A DNA stretch of 63,553 nucleotides, counting the filler. It is 5 parts of 5 records of this genome, joined end to end, with 100 filler letters (N's around TTAATTAATTAA, not from the genome) between each part and the next. Parts side by side here need not be neighbours in the genome. Positions count along the whole stretch, not along the records: positions 15,220 to 43,322 come from SRR2962707_3376; positions 43,423 to 51,403 come from SRR2962707_3382; 3 more parts are not named here. One strand, written 5' to 3'. Shown here piece by piece: positions 37,691 through 47,054 of the stretch. The stretch's first letter is position 1, and each line of letters opens with the position of its first letter. The position numbers and the translations under genes are program-made. Under the pieces are notes generated by a model, which did not search any database, had not been told where the DNA came from, and worked only from the letters and a program-made list of their open reading frames with translations.

Positions 37691-38653
37691 TTAACCAAAG
37701 GGAATGGTTGTCACGCCATCCGTTGTTTGTCGCAGACATTTCAGAAACAGAGACAACGTTGAATTTGACGCAACCTGCTCTGACCGCCAGAAGCATCTAG
37801 CTTCAGATAAAAACCCTTGTGTATCTAAGGGCAGCGAAACGATTTCACCGCGAGTCGCCAGGTTTTGCGCCTGACTCTGCGGCATCAATGCCAGCGCAGG
37901 CATAACTTTCAGGATTTCGACATTCAGTGACAGCGAAAGCGACGCGATTGTATTTGTCGGCGGCGTAAGACCGTGCTCTGCAAAAAGTGCATCAACGGCA
38001 AGACGCGCAACAGAATCGACCTTTGGCAGTATCCAGGGTTGCGCCGCGACATCTGACCACTCCAAGCTCTTTTTAGCCGCTAGCGGGTGATCTCGCCCGA
38101 CCACAATATTCAAGGGTTCGGAATACAACGACATCTGCTCGATCCCCGGCAACTCGCGCGGTTGCCAAATACGGGCAATCAGGACGTCCAGCGCGCCAGA
38201 TTCTAGTTCCGGGTACAGACTGACGAAATGCCCCTCTGAGATCGAGATCGACGCCAACGGGGTCGTCCGCTTAAACAGCGCGATAGCGCCTGGCAAAAGG
38301 GTCGGCGCAACAGAACTGACCACACCGATCGACACAGACCCCGACACACCGCTTGCCATGGCTTCAATATCAAACGCGGCGCGGTCGAGCTGGTTGACGA
38401 TTTGTTTTGCATGATCGGCAAGCAGGTGGCCGACTTCGGTCAAATAGAGCCTGTTTCGATCCCGCGTTATGACTGGCACCCCAACAATGCGCTCTAATTC
38501 TGCGATCTGCTTGGAGACGGCCGGCTGTGTTACGTTCAGAAATTCAGAAACGCGGGCGACCAGCTTAAGATCCGCCAAGGCCGCGATCACCCTCAGATGA
38601 CGAATGGTGATCGCTTTATATGTGTCTTTGCTTGAGATGGGACGACCCTCCAC
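37691..38653 (-). CDS. LysR-family regulator (PcaQ/GbpR-like)
   Basis: HTH LNVTQPAVSKQIAELE followed by a substrate-binding domain. Start is GTG 38653 or possibly ATC 38638; the ORF-track extension to 38950 is unlikely. Confidence 0.85.
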   Translation of the reverse strand: MEGRPISSKDTYKAITIRHLRVIAALADLKLVARVSEFLNVTQPAVSKQIAELERIVGVPVITRDRNRLYLTEVGHLLADHAKQIVNQLDRAAFDIEAMASGVSGSVSIGVVSSVAPTLLPGAIALFKRTTPLASISISEGHFVSLYPELESGALDVLIARIWQPRELPGIEQMSLYSEPLNIVVGRDHPLAAKKSLEWSDVAAQPWILPKVDSVARLAVDALFAEHGLTPPTNTIASLSLSLNVEILKVMPALALMPQSQAQNLATRGEIVSLPLDTQGFLSEARCFWRSEQVASNSTLSLFLKCLRQTTDGVTTIPFG

Positions 38654-38975
38654 TGTACCCGACCAACAGTCACGCCAGATATTGGACCACGACGCAAGCA
38701 GGTTCACAACAGATAGACGCCCCATGCTGCGGGCATCTCTGAGACTGCACAAAGGAGCCGACGACGGCGACTCGCCATGTTCAAGCCGATGCATCGTGCC
38801 ACCGGCCCCAATCAGGTGACAAAACCCGATCCCAAGGTCATCGCGTGTCAGAAAAGAATCGCTCCCCTGATAATGCCGCCTTCGGAAAATAGAACACGCG
38901 CCCCTAAAAACCGACGTCGACCTTAACACACACGAAAATGGATGTCTCAAAGTGACAAGCTTCGCCCACCGATTC

Positions 38976-38990
38976 TTTACACGTGTTAAA
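38976..38990. promoter_or_regulatory. LacI-type operator candidate (autoregulation)
   Basis: TTTACACGTGTTAAA, near-palindrome with central CG, related to the sites at 40130 and 40179. Confidence 0.55.
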
Positions 38991-39064
38991 GTAATTTCTG
39001 GAAGTAAAAACTTGACGCAAGAAAACTGGTTGCGCGAGCAGAGGAAGAAAGGGAGAATTACGCC

Positions 39065-40102
39065 ATGACAAAGCCCAAAATTAACACAATGAAAGAGCTA
39101 TCTGAGGCCATTGGAATCTCACGTCCGACCTTGTCACGTTACTTCCAAAGCCCCGATAGCGTTCGTGGATCAACTTCCGAGAAGATCCGACGCGGCCTGG
39201 AAACGGTCGAATACGTGCCCAACTTCTTTGCGACACGCCTTAATCGTAAGTCTACAGGCATGATTGGCGTCATCATTCCATACCTCAATGACCTGTTCTT
39301 TACCAAGCTTTTGGAGTCGATTGAAATCGCCGCCATGAACGAAGGATTGTCGGTAATGACAAAGTGCTCGCACTCCGATCCAGAGATCGAGGCGCGCGCA
39401 GCCGAAACATTTATGTCCATGAATGTTGACGGCGCCCTCGTCGCGCCATTGGGCAACCAAAGTGATCGCGCCATGCAGCAGCGCCTACAATCCAGACTGC
39501 CTTTCGTCATGGTCGACTCTCGCCCAACAACAATGCCAGACGTCGACTTTATCGGCACGGATCACATGCAAAGCACTGGTTTAATTACCGAATATCTTTG
39601 TCGCGTCGGTGAACCTCCTGTATTCCTCGCCATGCCGCGCGTGAACTTTAACGCGATGGAACGGGAAGTCGCATATATCAAACGGATGCAGGAACTAGGC
39701 CACGAACCAGAAATCATAGGCACGGATTTAATCCACCCTGACTGGCATTTTGAGGCGCATGGCGAGGCTGTATTGGACACCTACCTCTCACAAGGCAAGT
39801 ACACAGATCGAACGATTCTTTGTGCAAATGATCGCGTTGCCATTGGCGCATTGCGCGCCGCATCGCGGCACGGGCTGGTCCCTGGCCGCTGCGGAGAAGG
39901 AGGGTTGAGGATTGCTGGTCATGATGATTACCCGCTTTGCAACTTTACGACCCCCGCTTTGACAACAGTGGCCCAAGACTATGAAGCCATTGGAAAGGCG
40001 TCCGTTTCCCGACTCCTTGATTTGATTCACGCCGACGAAGGTGGATTACAGACCAAAGTACAGCTCTTCCCAGGAACATTAAAAATACGTGAATCGGCCT
40101 AA
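39065..40102 (+). CDS. LacI-family regulator of the polyol uptake operon
   Basis: HTH TMKELSEAIGISRPTLSRYF, hinge YVPNFFATRL, ILCANDRVAIG, PALTTV. Confidence 0.92.
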   Translation: MTKPKINTMKELSEAIGISRPTLSRYFQSPDSVRGSTSEKIRRGLETVEYVPNFFATRLNRKSTGMIGVIIPYLNDLFFTKLLESIEIAAMNEGLSVMTKCSHSDPEIEARAAETFMSMNVDGALVAPLGNQSDRAMQQRLQSRLPFVMVDSRPTTMPDVDFIGTDHMQSTGLITEYLCRVGEPPVFLAMPRVNFNAMEREVAYIKRMQELGHEPEIIGTDLIHPDWHFEAHGEAVLDTYLSQGKYTDRTILCANDRVAIGALRAASRHGLVPGRCGEGGLRIAGHDDYPLCNFTTPALTTVAQDYEAIGKASVSRLLDLIHADEGGLQTKVQLFPGTLKIRESA

Positions 40103-40129
40103 CAACGAAACATTGCTGCGGCGCGGAAA

Positions 40130-40192
40130 TTTACGCGCGAAAAATTTCAGTTGACGTAAGCGTTTTTTTCGCTCAAACTTTACTCACGTAAA
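40130..40192 (+). promoter_or_regulatory. Sigma70-type promoter flanked by two LacI-type operators
   Basis: TTTACGCGCGAAAA (40130-40143) and TTTACTCACGTAAA (40179-40192) flank TTGACG-N17-CAAACT. Confidence 0.6.
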
Positions 40193-40208
40193 ATTTGGGA
40201 GGACACTA

Positions 40209-41525
40209 ATGTCTATTAAACGCACATTACTGAACACAGCTGTTGGGTTCGGTCTGACGGCTTCGCTTGCTGGCGTTGCAGTAGCTGACGAACTGACTAT
40301 CGCGACCGTAAACAACGGCGACATGATCCGCATGCAAGGCTTGACGGACGACTTCACCGCAAAAACAGGACATACTGTTGAGTGGGTCACTCTGGAAGAA
40401 AACGTTCTTCGCCAGCGTGTCACGACAGACATCTCAACCAAAGGCGGTCAGTTCGATCTGATGACCATTGGTATGTACGAAACACCAATCTGGGGCGCCA
40501 ATGGCTGGCTTGTCCCACTGGACGATCTGTCCGCAGACTACAATGTTGACGATCTTCTGCCCGCAATGCGCAATGGCTTGTCGCATGACGGAACGCTCTA
40601 TGCGGCACCGTTCTACGGCGAAAGCTCTATGATCATGTACCGGACCGACCTGATGGAAAAGGCCGGACTTGAGATGCCAACTGCTCCAACATGGCAGTTT
40701 ATCCGTGAAGCAGCCGCTGCGATGACAGACCGTGGCGACGCCGACATCAACGGCATCTGCCTGCGCGGCAAAGCCGGTTGGGGCGAAGGCGGCGCGATCA
40801 TCACTGTGACAGCGAACTCCTTTGGCGCACGTTGGTTCGACGAAGATTGGAACGCACAGTTCGATCAGCCTGAGTGGAAAGAGGCTCTGACCTTCTTCTC
40901 CGAAATGATGAACGAATCTGGTCCTGTCGGCTACGCGACGAACGGTTTCAACGAAAACCTGTCGCTCTTCCAACAAGGCAAGTGTGGCATGTGGATCGAC
41001 GCAACAGTTGCGGCATCTTTCGTGACCAACCCTAACGACTCTACTGTTGCAGACAAAGTTGGCTTTGCTCTGGCACCAAATTCCGAAGGTGTTGGAAAAC
41101 GTGCAAACTGGCTCTGGGCTTGGGCGCTTGGCATTCCTGCCGGAACTCAAAAAGAAGCTGCAGCGAAAGAGTTCATCGAATGGTCAACCTCTACAGGTTA
41201 CATTGAGCTGGTTGCAGCAAACGAAGGCTGGGCCAACGTTCCTCCGGGCGCACGGACCTCGCTTTATGAGAACCCGAACTACCAAGCGGTTCCTTTTGCT
41301 CAGATGACTCTGGACAGCATCCTGGCCGCCGATCCGAACAACCCAACGGTTAAGCCAGTTCCTTATGTCGGCATCCAGTTTGCCGCCATCCCTGAATTCG
41401 CAGGCATCGCAACAGATGTCAGCCAGGAATTCTCGGCTGTCTATGCCGGTCAGCAGACCGTAGAAGAAGCGCTTGCCAAAGCGCAGGCCATCACGACAGA
41501 TGCAATGGAAGCCGCAGGCTACTAA
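40209..41525 (+). CDS. smoE: Sorbitol/mannitol ABC transporter substrate-binding protein
   Basis: LTIATVNNGDMIRMQ, LEENVLRQRVTTDI, ICLRGKAGWGE, PVPYVGIQF are characteristic of SmoE/MtlE. Confidence 0.88.
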   Translation: MSIKRTLLNTAVGFGLTASLAGVAVADELTIATVNNGDMIRMQGLTDDFTAKTGHTVEWVTLEENVLRQRVTTDISTKGGQFDLMTIGMYETPIWGANGWLVPLDDLSADYNVDDLLPAMRNGLSHDGTLYAAPFYGESSMIMYRTDLMEKAGLEMPTAPTWQFIREAAAAMTDRGDADINGICLRGKAGWGEGGAIITVTANSFGARWFDEDWNAQFDQPEWKEALTFFSEMMNESGPVGYATNGFNENLSLFQQGKCGMWIDATVAASFVTNPNDSTVADKVGFALAPNSEGVGKRANWLWAWALGIPAGTQKEAAAKEFIEWSTSTGYIELVAANEGWANVPPGARTSLYENPNYQAVPFAQMTLDSILAADPNNPTVKPVPYVGIQFAAIPEFAGIATDVSQEFSAVYAGQQTVEEALAKAQAITTDAMEAAGY

Positions 41526-41540
41526 GGCATCCTCCTGGCC

Positions 41541-41567
41541 CTTGGGGCGGTACAGTTCCGCCCCAAG
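41541..41567 (+). other. Perfect stem-loop after the binding-protein gene
   Basis: CTTGGGGCGG-TACAGTT-CCGCCCCAAG, 10-bp stem; likely mRNA stabiliser or partial terminator. Confidence 0.6.
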
Positions 41568-41642
41568 AGTTTATGATTTTACCTGACAATTCAATTTGAC
41601 ATCATGGGCGACCTGTTCGCCCAAAGAGGAGGGATGTGCGCC

Positions 41643-42509
41643 ATGGCGACTCAGCAATCGCGATCAGCTGCCAGACTCATGATGGCACCAGCCGTAATTC
41701 TGCTTTTAGGGTGGATGCTGGTACCACTTATAATGACTCTGTGGTTTTCGTTTAGGAAATATCTGCCATTGCGAGGCGGCGACCTTGGATGGGCCGGTTT
41801 TGACAACTACACGCGCTTCATAGGTTCAAGTGCCTTTTGGCCTAGCGTGCAAACCACACTGATAATCGTCGGTGGCGTTCTGATTATCACCATTGTGCTT
41901 GGTGTTGTTCTAGCTTTGCTGCTTGACCAACCGATGTGGGGACAGGGCGTAGTTCGTATTCTTGTCATCGCTCCCTTCTTTGTAATGCCCACCGTGTCCG
42001 CCCTTGTATGGAAAAACATGTTCATGGATCCGGTGAACGGCCTTTTCGCCCATTTGTGGGGTTTTTTCGGCGCTGCACCGGTTGAATGGTTGAGCCAAGC
42101 CTCCTTGCAATCGCTAATCATGATTGTCAGCTGGCAGTGGCTTCCGTTTGCAACCCTTATCCTGCTTACCGCTGTACAGTCCTTGGACAGTGAACAGCTT
42201 GAAGCTGCTGAGATGGATGGCGCGCCTTTCAGTAAACGCTTCATCTATATCATCCTGCCACATCTGGCGCGCGCCATTACAATTGTCGTGCTGATCCAAA
42301 CGATTTTCCTGCTGTCGATTTTTGCAGAGATTTTCGTGACCACCGGCGGCGCGTTCGGCACCAAGACCCTTTCGTATCTGATTTTCCAGCGAGTGCTTGA
42401 AAGCCAGAACGTAGGCCTAGGCTCAGCCGGCGGCGTTTATGCCATCATCCTTGCCAATATCGTTGCCCTCTTCTTGATGCGCATCGTTGGCAAAAACCTG
42501 GACGCGTGA
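41643..42509 (+). CDS. smoF: Polyol ABC permease
   Basis: EAA loop EQLEAAEMDGA; multi-TM; operon position. Confidence 0.85.
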   Translation: MATQQSRSAARLMMAPAVILLLGWMLVPLIMTLWFSFRKYLPLRGGDLGWAGFDNYTRFIGSSAFWPSVQTTLIIVGGVLIITIVLGVVLALLLDQPMWGQGVVRILVIAPFFVMPTVSALVWKNMFMDPVNGLFAHLWGFFGAAPVEWLSQASLQSLIMIVSWQWLPFATLILLTAVQSLDSEQLEAAEMDGAPFSKRFIYIILPHLARAITIVVLIQTIFLLSIFAEIFVTTGGAFGTKTLSYLIFQRVLESQNVGLGSAGGVYAIILANIVALFLMRIVGKNLDA

Positions 42510-42518
42510 GGAAAAGAT

Positions 42519-43322
42519 ATGGCTCGTGCTGTTACAAACAACCGCAAAGCGCTTAACACCGCCATTGCCTGGACCATCGGTCTGCTGATCTTCTTTCCGA
42601 TCCTGTGGACCATTCTGACAAGTTTCAAAACCGAAGCCCAAGCGATCAGCGATCCGCCCGTCTTTTTGTTCTTTGACTGGACGCTGGAAAACTATGCTGT
42701 CGTGCAAGAGCGCTCTAACTACATGCGTTTCTTGTGGAACTCAGTATTCATCGCTGGCGGATCGACGATTTTGGGTCTGATCATCGCGGTTCCGGCGGCC
42801 TGGTCGATGGCTTTCGTGCCCTCGAAGCGGACCAAAGACATCCTGCTTTGGATGCTCTCAACCAAGATGTTGCCAGCTGTTGGTGTGCTTTACCCGATCT
42901 ATCTGATCTTTATCAAATTAGGTATTCTGGACACTCGACTGGGTCTGACGATTATTCTGATGCTGATCAACTTGCCGATTATTGTCTGGATGCTTTACAC
43001 GTATTTCCGTGAGATTCCGGTGGAAATACTGGAAGCGTCGCGGATGGATGGGGCCTCTTTAAAGTCAGAAATCCTTTATATCCTGACCCCTATGGCCGTA
43101 CCTGGCATCGCTTCGACCATGCTGTTGAATTTCATCCTGGCCTGGAACGAAGCTTTCTGGACACTCAATCTAACCGCAGCCAAGGCGGCACCGCTGACGG
43201 CCTTTATCGCAAGCTACTCCAGCCCCGAAGGCTTGTTCTACGCCAAGCTTAGCGCGGCATCGACAATGGCCATTGCACCAATCCTGATACTTGGCTGGTT
43301 CAGCCAGAAACAACTTGTCCGG
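42519..43322 (+). CDS. smoG: Polyol ABC permease, truncated at contig end
   Basis: EILEASRMDGA, WNEAFW, YSSPEGLF. Confidence 0.85.
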
Positions 43323-43422
43323 NNNNNNNNNNNNNNNNNNNNNNNNNNNNNNNNNNNNNNNNNNNNTTAATTAATTAANNNNNNNNNNNNNNNNNNNNNN
43401 NNNNNNNNNNNNNNNNNNNNNN
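43323..43422. other. Artificial contig spacer
   Basis: 44 N + TTAATTAATTAA + 44 N. Confidence 0.99.
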
Positions 43423-43423
43423 C

Positions 43424-43870
43424 TATCACAAAATCATCATCATGACGGATGCCGACATTGACGGAAGTCATATCCGTACATTGATACTTACCTTCTTTTT
43501 CAGATACATGCGACCGCTTATCGAAGCAGGATACCTATATATCGCACTTCCCCCTCTCTATTTGATCAAAAAAGGTAAAACTGAAAAGTATGCCTGGTCT
43601 GAGGACGATAGGGTGAGAGTAACTAAAGAGATAGCTCCGGAAGGAAAAGAAGATTCCGTAAGTGTGCAGCGCTACAAAGGTCTTGGAGAAATGAATCCGG
43701 ATCAGCTATGGACAACTACCATGGATCCGGCACATAGAAGTTTAAAGCAAGTAACAATTGAATCCGCAGCAGAAGCAGATCACTTATTTTCAATGTTAAT
43801 GGGAGACGAGGTTGCGCCTCGAAGAGAATTCATCGAGAAAAACGCGAAATACGCGAAAGTAGATGTCTAA
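43424..43870 (+). CDS. gyrB: DNA gyrase subunit B, C-terminal fragment
   Basis: [42 protein letters not shown]; lacks the long proteobacterial insert. Confidence 0.95.
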   Translation, partial: YHKIIIMTDADIDGSHIRTLILTFFFRYMRPLIEAGYLYIALPPLYLIKKGKTEKYAWSEDDRVRVTKEIAPEGKEDSVSVQRYKGLGEMNPDQLWTTTMDPAHRSLKQVTIESAAEADHLFSMLMGDEVAPRREFIEKNAKYAKVDV

Positions 43871-43993
43871 TTATTTAGACCAGATGATCTGATACATAGC
43901 CTGTAGAAACTTCCATATTACCGCTAGTGTAAAAAGGATAGCTGATCCAAAGGCAAATACGATCAGAAGGATGAAATCCACTATTTTTTCCAT
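43871..43993 (-). CDS. Small hydrophobic protein, 40 aa (not in ORF track)
   Basis: Manual translation MEKIVDFILLIVFAFGSAILFTLAVIWKFLQAMYQIIWSK*. A-rich upstream context; stop codon abuts the gyrB stop. Confidence 0.55.
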   Translation of the reverse strand: MEKIVDFILLIVFAFGSAILFTLAVIWKFLQAMYQIIWSK

Positions 43994-44072
43994 TATTCTT
44001 AGGTTAATTGATCCAACAATATAGGGTTAATTAACTGGATTTCTAATATAAATGTTCAAGAACATTCAAATT

Positions 44073-45905
44073 ATGAAATATAATTTTACCAAGAAGATGT
44101 CTTTTATACTATTGTTTGTCGCCAACCTGTCTTTAAGCTACTCTCAAGGCTATTGGCAACAGAGGGTTGAGTATCAGATGGATATAGATTTCAATACTGA
44201 AAATCATCAGTTTACCGGTCAGCAAAATTTGAAATATTTCAATAATAGTCCTGATACACTGACCAAGGTCTTCTATCACCTATATTTTAATGCATTTCAA
44301 CCGGAAAGCATGATGGATGTAAGGAGTAGAACCATAGAAGATCCGGATGGTCGTGTTGCTGATCGAATTGTAAAATTGGATAATTCAGAGATTGGATATC
44401 ATAATGTCATGTCGCTTACCCAGGATGGTGAAAAGGTAGAATTTAAGGTAGAAGGAACGATACTGGAGGTCGCATTAGCCAAACCTCTCCTACCGGGTTC
44501 CTCAACCGTTTTAAATATGAATTTTCAAAGCCAGGTTCCAATTCAAATAAGACGAAGCGGTAGGCACAATGCAGAAGGAATTGACTATAGCATGGCTCAA
44601 TGGTTTCCAAAGCTTGCTGAGTACGACGAAAAGGGTTGGCACTCCCACCCTTACATTGGAAGAGAGTTCTATGCTCCTTGGGGAGATTACTCAGTCAATA
44701 TTTCCATTGATAAGGATTATGTTGTCGCAGCTACAGGAGTTCTACAAAATCAAAATGAGATTGGATATGGATATGAAGATCCAGGAGTAAAGGTGAAACG
44801 AAAAGGGAAGAAATTGACATGGAGATTTGAAGCAAAAAACGTCCATGATTTCGTGTGGACTGCTGATCCAGACTACACACATACCACTGCCATGGTTCCT
44901 GATGGACCCTTATTGCATTTCTTTTACCAGGAAAATGACCAGACAGAAGCATGGAAAGAACTGCCGGAGCTAGCAGTCAAAGCGTTTCAGTTTATTGAGG
45001 AGAATTTTGGTGAATACCCATACGATCACTACTATGTAATTCAAGGTGGTGATGGAGGAATGGAATACCCGATGGCTACCTTAATTACAGGTAATAGAAA
45101 TCTCAGAAGTTTGGTAGGAGTAACGGTCCATGAAGGCCTTCATAGTTGGTATCAGGGACTCCTTGCAACTAATGAAAGCTATTACGCCTGGATGGATGAA
45201 GGATTTACTACCTACGCCACTGCAGAGACCATGTCAAACATTTTCAACGGTTCCAACCGAACTCAGTCCAGAAACTATCAAACGTACTTTTACCTGACCA
45301 AAACCGGAAAGGAAGAAGCACTCAGTACTCATTCTGATCACTTCATAACTAATACAGCGTATGGTTTAGGCTCTTACTACAAAGGAGCAATTGCCTTAGC
45401 TCAAATGAACTACATCATCGGAAAGAATAAGACGGCATCAGCTCTTAAAAAGTATTATTACCAATGGAGGTTCAAGCATCCGGATGCTTATGACTGGATC
45501 AGAGTGTTTGAAAAAGAATCTGACATGGTACTTGACTGGTACTATGACTATTGGGTCAATACCACCCACATTATCGATTACGCTATTGATACCGTTGAAG
45601 CTGCTGATAATGCTACTAAAGTCACATTGAAGCGAGTTGGTGAGATGCCAATGCCAATGGACATCTATGTGACCTTTGCAGATGGAAGCAAAAAAATCTA
45701 CTACGCTCCCCTGGCTATGATGAGAGGCGAAAAAGAAAATGACACAGATCTTGAAAGGGTGCTACTTCCAGATTGGTCTTGGACGCATCCTAGCTACCAA
45801 TTCACCATCGATGCACCAATTGGTGATATCGCTTCCATACAAATTGATGAGAGTGGTTACCTGGCAGATGTCAATAAAGAAAACAATAAATGGGAGAAGG
45901 ATTAA
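44073..45905 (+). CDS. M1-family zinc aminopeptidase, secreted
   Basis: GGMEY, HEGLH-x18-E (WMDEG), YYKG; signal peptide followed by Gln (QGYWQQ). Start 44052 or 44073. Confidence 0.9.
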   Translation: MKYNFTKKMSFILLFVANLSLSYSQGYWQQRVEYQMDIDFNTENHQFTGQQNLKYFNNSPDTLTKVFYHLYFNAFQPESMMDVRSRTIEDPDGRVADRIVKLDNSEIGYHNVMSLTQDGEKVEFKVEGTILEVALAKPLLPGSSTVLNMNFQSQVPIQIRRSGRHNAEGIDYSMAQWFPKLAEYDEKGWHSHPYIGREFYAPWGDYSVNISIDKDYVVAATGVLQNQNEIGYGYEDPGVKVKRKGKKLTWRFEAKNVHDFVWTADPDYTHTTAMVPDGPLLHFFYQENDQTEAWKELPELAVKAFQFIEENFGEYPYDHYYVIQGGDGGMEYPMATLITGNRNLRSLVGVTVHEGLHSWYQGLLATNESYYAWMDEGFTTYATAETMSNIFNGSNRTQSRNYQTYFYLTKTGKEEALSTHSDHFITNTAYGLGSYYKGAIALAQMNYIIGKNKTASALKKYYYQWRFKHPDAYDWIRVFEKESDMVLDWYYDYWVNTTHIIDYAIDTVEAADNATKVTLKRVGEMPMPMDIYVTFADGSKKIYYAPLAMMRGEKENDTDLERVLLPDWSWTHPSYQFTIDAPIGDIASIQIDESGYLADVNKENNKWEKD

Positions 45906-45914
45906 GTCCTTCTC

Positions 45915-46988
45915 CTATTTTTCCACATTTCCTTTGATGGTGATCAATTGTGTTGGATTCACAGGATCGTTGGCATAAATCGTAATTGACTTATACTGAT
46001 TCCCTCTCATTTCTGATGTGTCAAATGTTACTGTCAGTGTCTGGCTCTTTCCCTTTTTGATTCCTTTATTCTTAATCTCATATGTCAGACAACCACAATT
46101 TGACTTGATTGATCTGAATTCAAGTTTCTCCTGACCTGTATTGGTCAACTCGAACGAAGTTTCTACTTGAGTTCCTGCTGAAACCTTACCAAAATCAAAA
46201 ACACGCTGAGAAATTTCCAATTTAGGGGCATTGTCCAATTCTTCAGCAGTCATTTCAGGGAAGTATTCCTCTATAATTGCCATAACTGAGAGTCCTTCTT
46301 CATCAGCTGATTCAAGGATAATTTTATCACTCACAAATCCATAGTCCTTTTTTTGAACCGGATCAAAGGTGATTTTCAAATCTCCCCTCTGCCGAGGATT
46401 CAATGTTTCCGGAGTTATGGAAACAGTGATGTGTTTTGGTAAAACAAGCTCCTCTGGATTGAGTGATCTGGCAGTATCACTGTAATTGAAAATATCGAAA
46501 GATTTAGTAATTGGCTTTTCTGTAGTGATTTTCCCAAGATTCAAGCTTCTGTATTTCGTTCGGAAGTCGCCTATTAAAACCGGATATTCTTCCTCAGGTG
46601 TTTTAGGTCTTGGCTTTACTACTCCCATGATATACAAGGTCTGATCGGAAGATGGATCAGTTGTAGATATCCTTAAGGATTTTCGAAACTTACCTGGTCG
46701 GTTGCGAGGGTTATACATCGCTTTTACATAGCCTGAATCCCCGGGCATTACTTCCTCTTTAGTCCAACCAGGTGTTGTACAGCCACAAGAGGCCTTCACA
46801 TTCGTGATTCGTATGGGCACGTCACCATTATTGACAAAATTGAATGTATACTCTGCAAATCCTCCTTCCTCTCTAATCTCTCCAAAATCGTGATCTACCT
46901 TCTCAAACGCAATGTTTCTCTGGCCAAAGGTAGTAATCACCCCAAGCACACTACATACAATCAAAAAACCTCTCATTCTATTTCTCAT
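45915..46988 (-). CDS. DUF1573-type protein with tandem Ig-like domains
   Basis: HDFGEI...F.F.N.G..PI.I..V.ASCGCT, repeated at the C-terminus as FDFGKV...NTG...SNCGCL; signal peptide. Confidence 0.8.
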   Translation of the reverse strand: MRNRMRGFLIVCSVLGVITTFGQRNIAFEKVDHDFGEIREEGGFAEYTFNFVNNGDVPIRITNVKASCGCTTPGWTKEEVMPGDSGYVKAMYNPRNRPGKFRKSLRISTTDPSSDQTLYIMGVVKPRPKTPEEEYPVLIGDFRTKYRSLNLGKITTEKPITKSFDIFNYSDTARSLNPEELVLPKHITVSITPETLNPRQRGDLKITFDPVQKKDYGFVSDKIILESADEEGLSVMAIIEEYFPEMTAEELDNAPKLEISQRVFDFGKVSAGTQVETSFELTNTGQEKLEFRSIKSNCGCLTYEIKNKGIKKGKSQTLTVTFDTSEMRGNQYKSITIYANDPVNPTQLITIKGNVEK

Positions 46989-47029
46989 TTGTTCTGTTTT
47001 AAAGACGAAGTACAAAGATTCAAATTATA

Positions 47030-47037
47030 TAGGTTTG
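47030..47037 (+). promoter_or_regulatory. Bacteroidota -7 promoter element upstream of trpS
   Basis: TAGGTTTG matches TAnnTTTG, 17 nt before the start codon. Confidence 0.6.
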
Positions 47038-47054
47038 CACAAATTTTTTATCGA

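Noticed and set aside
38654..38950. ~100-aa N-terminal extension on the LysR protein
   Set aside because: The HTH begins near residue 110 of the ORF, the extension is not domain-like, and a good SD lies just before the HTH.
21937..38975. Catabolic block as an active mobile element or resistance island
   Set aside because: I saw no integrase, transposase, tRNA or flanking direct repeats, and the MBL context is metabolic.
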